Source: a bacterium (GTDB lineage: Bacteria; Acidobacteriota; Blastocatellia; HR10). From it: 64,000 nt of DNA. The notes below the pieces were generated by a model. That model made no database searches, was not told the origin of the DNA, and saw only the letters and a list, made by a program, of their open reading frames with translations. The stretch is taken from assembly GCA_041640655.1 (NCBI GenBank), contig JBEPZV010000008.1:1-64000 (forward strand), in the 5' to 3' direction. The position numbers were made by a program, and so were the translations under genes. The number at the start of each line of letters is the position of its first letter. The first letter of the stretch is position 1. Positions 56,348 to 64,000 of the stretch are shown here, piece by piece.

Positions 56348-57327
56348 GCCGCTGGCCCTATTCGATTCGCGAACTGCGGGAGACTCTCGAACGTCTTCAC
56401 GCTGAGGGGTGGATCGAACGGTCAGGCGATCGGTGGGCGGAGATTCGCCTGACCGAACGGGGACGCGAGGCCAGTCGAGCTCTGGCCGGAGTGGAAGACG
56501 AAGGCGGGGCCTGTCCCGCCTGTGAGGGCAAGGGGATTCGTCTCCCCGAAGCGTGGTGGCGTCGCTTTCGTGAGTTGACCGAGGAGCGCCCGCTGCCGGT
56601 GGCCGAATATGATCAGGGCTTCATGCGTCCGGAAGACGCTGTGGCGCGCGTCGCCTTCATGCATCGAATGGGCGATGTGGCTGATCGCGAGATCGTGCTC
56701 ATCGGCGACGACGACCTGGTCAGCATCGCCCTGGCGGTGACCGGACTGCCCCGCCGCATCGTGGTCATTGACGTGGACGAACGCCTGGGCGCGTTCATCG
56801 AGCGCGTGAATCGCGAACAGCGATTCGCCATCGAGTTTCGCCCCCTCGATATCCGGCGTCCACTCCCGCCGGATCTCACCCAGCGCTTTGACGTCTTCGT
56901 CACCGATCCGGTGGAGACCGTGCCGGGATTCGAGTTGTTCCTCTCGCGGGCGGCCGCCAGTCTGCGCGGCCGCTACGCAGCCGGCTACTTCGGATTGACG
57001 ACGCTCGAGGCCTCGCTCTCGAAATGGCACCGCCTTCAGCAGCTCGTGCTCCGAATGAACTTCGTCATCACGGATCTCCTGCGCGATTTCAGCCTCTACC
57101 CCGAGCGCGAGAATCGGTGGGAACGATTCTACGCGAGCTATGCCATGATGTCGCTCTTTCATATCGAGGGGCACCTGCCCGACCGCGATTGGTACCGCTC
57201 TTCGTTCTTCCGCATCGAGGCGATCGCGCCGCCGCAGCCCACGATCCTCGGAGAATGCGCCCTCTCGGAGACGGAGCTGTATTTCGATGAGGAGACTCTG
57301 GCCACGCCTCGCGCCAGCGTGAGTTGA
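56278..57327 (+). CDS. bpsA: Branched-chain polyamine synthase / N4-bis(aminopropyl)spermidine synthase (DUF43)
   Basis: N-terminal wHTH, C..CEGKG, RP....YDQG, IGDDDLVSIAL, DVDERL, FDVFVTDP.ET. Confidence 0.88.
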   Translation: MEKPGSILLTILRDGQRSLWDILSRWPYSIRELRETLERLHAEGWIERSGDRWAEIRLTERGREASRALAGVEDEGGACPACEGKGIRLPEAWWRRFRELTEERPLPVAEYDQGFMRPEDAVARVAFMHRMGDVADREIVLIGDDDLVSIALAVTGLPRRIVVIDVDERLGAFIERVNREQRFAIEFRPLDIRRPLPPDLTQRFDVFVTDPVETVPGFELFLSRAAASLRGRYAAGYFGLTTLEASLSKWHRLQQLVLRMNFVITDLLRDFSLYPERENRWERFYASYAMMSLFHIEGHLPDRDWYRSSFFRIEAIAPPQPTILGECALSETELYFDEETLATPRASVS

Positions 57328-57331
57328 AGCG

Positions 57332-59622
<2,291 letters not shown>

Positions 59623-59626
<4 letters not shown>

Positions 59627-60102
59627 GGATGAGCAGGGGTCGCATCGAGCATTCTTCCGACGTTCACGAGAAGAGCGCGCCTGCCCCTGCCTCGGAGTGG
59701 GAACGCGCCTCGATGATCCTCGGCGTGGCCGTGCGCGCGCTGCTGCCGTTGCTGTTGCTGTTCTCGATCTTCCTGCTTCTGCGAGGTCACCATGCGCCGG
59801 GAGGGGGATTCGTCGGCGGACTCGTCGCGGCGGCCGCCGTGGCGCTCTACGCTTTAGCGCATGGGGCGACGGCGGCGCAACAGCTGTTGCGCTTCTCTCC
59901 TCGAGAACTGATCGCCGCCGGGCTCATGACGGCCTTCGCCAGTGGTCTGGTGGGGCCGCTCACGGGAGCCCCCTTTCTCACCGGGCGCTGGGCGAAGGTG
60001 GGCCATCTGGAGTTGGGGACGCCGCTGCTCTTCGACGTCGGCGTGTACCTGGTCGTCATCGGCGTCACCCTCTGGATCATTCTGACGCTCGCGGAGGAAT
60101 GA
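59623..60102 (+). CDS. mrpB: Mrp antiporter subunit B
   Basis: [20 protein letters not shown]; exact start uncertain. Confidence 0.92.
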
Positions 60103-60104
60103 GC

Positions 60105-60452
60105 ATGGAACTGCTGCTGGCCGTCGTCATTGGAAGCCTGTACGCGACGGGCCTTTACATGCTGCTGCGGCGCAGCGTCGTGAAGCTCATCATCGGGCTG
60201 GGCCTCCTCTCCAATGGGAGCAATCTGCTGATCTTCACCATGGGCCGCCTGGTTCGCGGTCGGCCTCCCATTGTCCCCGAAGGCGAGTCGAGCGTTCCCC
60301 CTCCCTTTGCGGATCCCCTCCCACAGGCGCTCATCCTGACGGCTATCGTCATCAGCTTCGGCGTGCTCGCCTTCGCGCTCGTGCTCATTCATCGCGCGTA
60401 TCAAAAGGTTGGGACGGATGACCTCGATGACTTGAAGACGACCGACACGTGA
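60105..60452 (+). CDS. mrpC: Mrp antiporter subunit C
   Basis: [17 protein letters not shown]. Confidence 0.95.
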   Translation: MELLLAVVIGSLYATGLYMLLRRSVVKLIIGLGLLSNGSNLLIFTMGRLVRGRPPIVPEGESSVPPPFADPLPQALILTAIVISFGVLAFALVLIHRAYQKVGTDDLDDLKTTDT

Positions 60453-60470
60453 CGTCTGGAGAAACGCCCC

Positions 60471-61994
60471 ATGCGGCTCATCCTCCCCATCGCGATCCCG
60501 TTGGTGACGGCGATCCTCGGGCTCGTCGTCTGGCGATGGCGGACGGCGCAGCGCGGACTGGGTGTTGCCGGAGCGGCCGCCTTGCTCATAGCTTCCCTCG
60601 AGCTCCTGAAGAGCGTGTGGCAGCAGGGGCCGCAGGCGACATGGATCGGGAATTGGCCCGCGCCCTTCGGTATCACGCTGATTGCGGACCTGCTGAGCGC
60701 GATCATGGTCGTGCTGGCCGCCGTGATCGGTCTCGCCGTCGCCCTCTATTCGCTCGCGCACATAGACCCGGCGCGTGAGGCCTTCGGCTATTATCCCCTC
60801 CTTCACATTCTCCTCATGGGCGTGTGCGGCGCCTTTTTGACGGGCGATCTCTTCAACCTCTACGTCTGGTTCGAGGTCATGCTCATGGCGTCCTTCGTTC
60901 TCCTGGCCCTGGGTGGAGAGCGCGCCCAACTGGAGGGCGCGATCAAGTACGTCACGCTCAATCTGATGGCCTCGGCGTTCTTTCTGACGGCCGTCGGGCT
61001 ACTCTATGGGGTCGTAGGGACGTTGAACATGGCCGATGTCGCGCTGAAGATTCGCCCGCTCGCGTCGTCCTGGATCACGAGGTCCATAGCGTTTCTGCTG
61101 CTGACGGCCTTCGGGATCAAAGCGGCCATCTTCCCCCTCTTCTTCTGGCTCCCGGCCTCCTACCACACCCCTCCGGTCGCCGTCTCGGCCGTTTTCGCCG
61201 GACTGCTCACGAAGGTGGGCGTTTATGCGCTTCTTCGCGTCTTCACGCTGATCTTTCCCGATGACGGGCGGACAATTCCCACCGTGATCCTCGCGCTCTC
61301 CGCCCTCACAATGCTCACGGGCGTCTTGGGAGCCGTGGCCCATGGCGAATTCCGACGCATCCTCTCGTTTCACATCATCAGCCAGATCGGGTATATGATC
61401 CTGGGGCTCGGGCTCTTCACGACGGCCGGGCTCGCGGGCTCGATCTTCTACATCATCCACCACATCGTCGTCAAAACCAACCTCTTCCTCGTCAGCGGCC
61501 TCGCTCACGCCGTGCATGGCAGTTTCGATCTGAGTCGGCTCGGCGGCCTCTATCGAACGCATCCGGGTCTGGCAGTGCTCTTCCTGATCCCCGCTCTCTC
61601 CTTGGCGGGTCTGCCACCGCTGTCGGGATTCTTCGCGAAACTGCTTCTGGTCCGCGCCGGCCTGCACGCGGAGCAGTGGGGGATCGTCGCCGTTGCTCTC
61701 GGAGTGAGCTTGCTGACCCTGCTCTCCATGATGAAGATCTGGGCGGAAGTGTTTTGGAAATCCAAGGAGGCCGATCCACCGGCTGAGGATTCTCTCGCTC
61801 TGCCCGTCTCCCCTGCAGCCGAGCGCATCGGGATGCCGTCGCGATTGGGCCTTTGGTCGAGCGCCGGGCTCGCGATCTTGACGGTGATGATCGGCCTGGG
61901 CGCGGACCTGGTGCTCGCGTTCGCCGAGGCTGCTGCTGAGCAACTGCGGAATCCCGATCTCTACATCTCCACTATGCAGAGGGGGCGTCCATGA
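60471..61994 (+). CDS. mrpD: Mrp antiporter subunit D
   Basis: [28 protein letters not shown]. Confidence 0.95.
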   Translation: MRLILPIAIPLVTAILGLVVWRWRTAQRGLGVAGAAALLIASLELLKSVWQQGPQATWIGNWPAPFGITLIADLLSAIMVVLAAVIGLAVALYSLAHIDPAREAFGYYPLLHILLMGVCGAFLTGDLFNLYVWFEVMLMASFVLLALGGERAQLEGAIKYVTLNLMASAFFLTAVGLLYGVVGTLNMADVALKIRPLASSWITRSIAFLLLTAFGIKAAIFPLFFWLPASYHTPPVAVSAVFAGLLTKVGVYALLRVFTLIFPDDGRTIPTVILALSALTMLTGVLGAVAHGEFRRILSFHIISQIGYMILGLGLFTTAGLAGSIFYIIHHIVVKTNLFLVSGLAHAVHGSFDLSRLGGLYRTHPGLAVLFLIPALSLAGLPPLSGFFAKLLLVRAGLHAEQWGIVAVALGVSLLTLLSMMKIWAEVFWKSKEADPPAEDSLALPVSPAAERIGMPSRLGLWSSAGLAILTVMIGLGADLVLAFAEAAAEQLRNPDLYISTMQRGRP

Positions 61995-62467
61995 CCTTCC
62001 TTGTGTGGAATCTCCTGTTGGCCCTCGCCTGGGTCGTGCTGACAGGGCGCTTCACGCCGGGGAACTTCCTGGCCGGGCTCGTGCTCGGCTACGGCGCGTT
62101 GCTCTTCGCGCATCGGGCCCTTGCAGGCCCCTCGCCGTATTTTCGCAAGGTCCCGCATGTGCTGGGTCTCGTTCTCTTCTTCTTGTGGGAACTGATCCTC
62201 TCCAGCCTGCGCGTGGCCTACGATGTGCTCACGCCGACGCACCACATGCGTCCGGGGATCGTGGGGATTCCTCTGGATCTCCGCACGGAGGTAGAGATCA
62301 CTCTCTTGGCGAATCTGATCACACTGACGCCGGGGACCCTCAGCCTGGAGGTCTCTCCAGACCGGCGCACGCTCTATATTCACGTCATGTACATTGACGA
62401 TGCGGATGCCGTGCGCCGCAGGGTGAAGGAGGGGTTTGAACGGCGCATTCTGGAGGTGTTGCGATGA
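61991..62467 (+). CDS. mrpE: Mrp antiporter subunit E
   Basis: [12 protein letters not shown]. Confidence 0.95.
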   Translation: MTFLVWNLLLALAWVVLTGRFTPGNFLAGLVLGYGALLFAHRALAGPSPYFRKVPHVLGLVLFFLWELILSSLRVAYDVLTPTHHMRPGIVGIPLDLRTEVEITLLANLITLTPGTLSLEVSPDRRTLYIHVMYIDDADAVRRRVKEGFERRILEVLR

Positions 62468-62730
62468 CGCAGGGCGCGTCCTGGCTCGCTCTTGGCATGC
62501 TTCTGCTGGCTCTCTTTCTGGCCTTCATTCGCTTGCTGAGAGGGCCAACCCTGCCGGATCGCGTCATCGCCCTGGATTTCATGGCCACACTCGGCGTGGG
62601 GATAAGCGCCGTCTACGCTCTGGCAGTGCAAAACCCTGTCTTCCTGGACATCGCCGTTCTCCTGGCGCTCATCTCCTTCTTGAGCACCATCGCCTTCGCG
62701 CAATACGTGCGGAAGCGAGGGACACCATGA
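62464..62730 (+). CDS. mrpF: Mrp antiporter subunit F
   Basis: RGPTLPDRVIALD. Confidence 0.95.
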   Translation: MTQGASWLALGMLLLALFLAFIRLLRGPTLPDRVIALDFMATLGVGISAVYALAVQNPVFLDIAVLLALISFLSTIAFAQYVRKRGTP

Positions 62731-63098
62731 GCGCGTACCTCGTGGCCGGACTTCTGCTCGGCGGAGCGGCCTTCATGCTCATCGCGGCCGTGGGCCTCAT
62801 CCGCATGCCTGACCTCTTCACGCGCATGCATGCGACATCGAAAGCGGGATCACTCGGGGCCGGACTGATCCTCGTCGCCGTCGCCCTCTACTATGGCGAT
62901 CTCGGCATCTCAGCTCGCGCGCTGGCCACCATCGCCTTCATCCTCCTGACGGCGCCGATCGCAGCTCATGTCATCGGCCGCGCCGCATATTTCGTCGGCG
63001 TCCCCTTCTGGGAGGGGACACTGATGGATGAGCTTCGCGCCTCCCGCCTCACGAAGGCGACTGGGACCGTTCCTGAAGAGCCGTCGCCCTCCCCGTGA
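62727..63098 (+). CDS. mrpG: Mrp antiporter subunit G
   Basis: RMPDLFTRMHATSK, TAPIAAH. Confidence 0.95.
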   Translation: MSAYLVAGLLLGGAAFMLIAAVGLIRMPDLFTRMHATSKAGSLGAGLILVAVALYYGDLGISARALATIAFILLTAPIAAHVIGRAAYFVGVPFWEGTLMDELRASRLTKATGTVPEEPSPSP

Positions 63099-63116
63099 TC
63101 CCGCTTCGCGGGCTCT

Positions 63117-63737
63117 TCAGGTGCGCTCGCGGAATTTGATCGTGCAGCCGATGCTCTTGGTCTGTGCGACCGGAATGGGTTGGCCCGCCAGGAGCGCCTC
63201 GATGGCGTTCTTGACATAGCGCTCTCGCACGGCCTCCGGATTGCGGGCGTTATCGTCCAGCGCGCCGGTGTAGACGAGCTTCCCCGCTGCATCGAAGAGG
63301 AAGAATTCGGGCGTATGCGTGGCCCCGAAGGCGCGCGCCACATCGCTGGTCGCATCCACGACGTAGGGGAAGGTGAACCCCCGCTCCTTGGCCCGCTGCT
63401 GCATCACTTCGTAACTATCCTCAGGACTCTTCGTCGGATCGTTCGAATTGATCATGATCACCCCGATGCCCTGCTTCTGGGCCCAATTGCCCACCTCCGC
63501 GATGCGCGTCTCCCATGCCTTGACCCATGGGCAGGAGTTGCAGGAGAAGATCACGAGCGTGCCTTTGGGCCCTTTGACATCGGCGATGGAGAGCCGCTCC
63601 CCGTTGATGTTGAGCATCTTGACGTTCACGACCGAAGACGGGATCGCGTCCCCGGGCTTGAGCTTCGGCGTGTTCTGAGCGAAGGCGATCACAGCCACGG
63701 CCATCACTGTGATTCCGACGGAAACGAATCGCTTCAT
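63117..63737 (-). CDS. Exported thioredoxin/peroxiredoxin-like (redoxin) protein
   Basis: CNSCPWV, INSND, ATHTPEFF, YTGALDD, IGCTIK. Confidence 0.88.
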   Translation of the reverse strand: MKRFVSVGITVMAVAVIAFAQNTPKLKPGDAIPSSVVNVKMLNINGERLSIADVKGPKGTLVIFSCNSCPWVKAWETRIAEVGNWAQKQGIGVIMINSNDPTKSPEDSYEVMQQRAKERGFTFPYVVDATSDVARAFGATHTPEFFLFDAAGKLVYTGALDDNARNPEAVRERYVKNAIEALLAGQPIPVAQTKSIGCTIKFRERT

Positions 63738-63749
63738 AGACCGACCTCC

Positions 63750-64000
63750 TCACATGGGATTCTTCAACACGTCTTGGATCAATCGCTCGAAGAGGGCGAA
63801 ATCTCCCTTGCCCTCGTGAAAATGGCGCAATCGGCCTTGGGCGTCGTAGACGAACGTGGCCGGGAGGGCGCCCGACCACTCCGGATGGAGCGTATTGATG
63901 AAGGCGGTGTCGTCGTCCTGAGCCTTGAAGAACGTCGGGAAATCCACGCCCTGCTGGCGCAAGAATCGGCGCACGGCCGGAAGCTCCGAATCGAAGTCCA
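63750..64000 (-). CDS. TlpA/redoxin-like protein, 3' part (start outside window)
   Basis: Frame is open to the edge: DFDSELPAVRRFL...WSGALPATFVYD. Confidence 0.7.
   Translation of the reverse strand, partial: DFDSELPAVRRFLRQQGVDFPTFFKAQDDDTAFINTLHPEWSGALPATFVYDAQGRLRHFHEGKGDFALFERLIQDVLKNPM

Overview
GC-rich bacterial chromosomal window, densely coding (about 56 CDS plus tRNA-Leu(CAG)), with no CRISPR array, prophage or intact IS. The gene content (Oar-type TonB-dependent receptor, DUF1800/DUF1501, PDZ-sensor kinase, branched-chain polyamine synthase BpsA, archaeal-type ATP-dependent ligase) suggests a thermophilic Acidobacteriota-like diderm, which is an inference only. Main blocks: truD/DASS/ligase/PPIase/protease run (minus strand); UbiD decarboxylase; ECF sigma, anti-sigma, Spy-like and MacAB-type operon; M16 peptidase; csp/HTH/HU; DUF1800-DUF1501-CXXCH/dockerin operon; OM barrel, PDZ-HK, sigma54 regulator, SbcCD-like pair and TBDR; iscS/DUF62; a five-gene phospho-threonine signalling operon; speD-bpsA-mrpABCDEFG. 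Best candidates for undescribed biology: (1) the tightly coupled operon at 50029-55716 (ZnR-FHA, ZnR-Ser/Thr kinase-ZnR-FHA, ZnR-RDD, FHA-GAF-PP2C, and a PrsW intramembrane protease fused to a double zinc ribbon and FHA); (2) a sigma54 circuit readable from the DNA, with paired TTCC-N8-GGAA palindromes 21 bp apart upstream of both the PDZ kinase operon and the TBDR, the latter also carrying a consensus IHF site and a -24/-12 promoter; (3) a speD leader with a strong SD placed in front of an AUU-initiated mini-ORF. All family calls come from motif recognition by eye; no searches were run.
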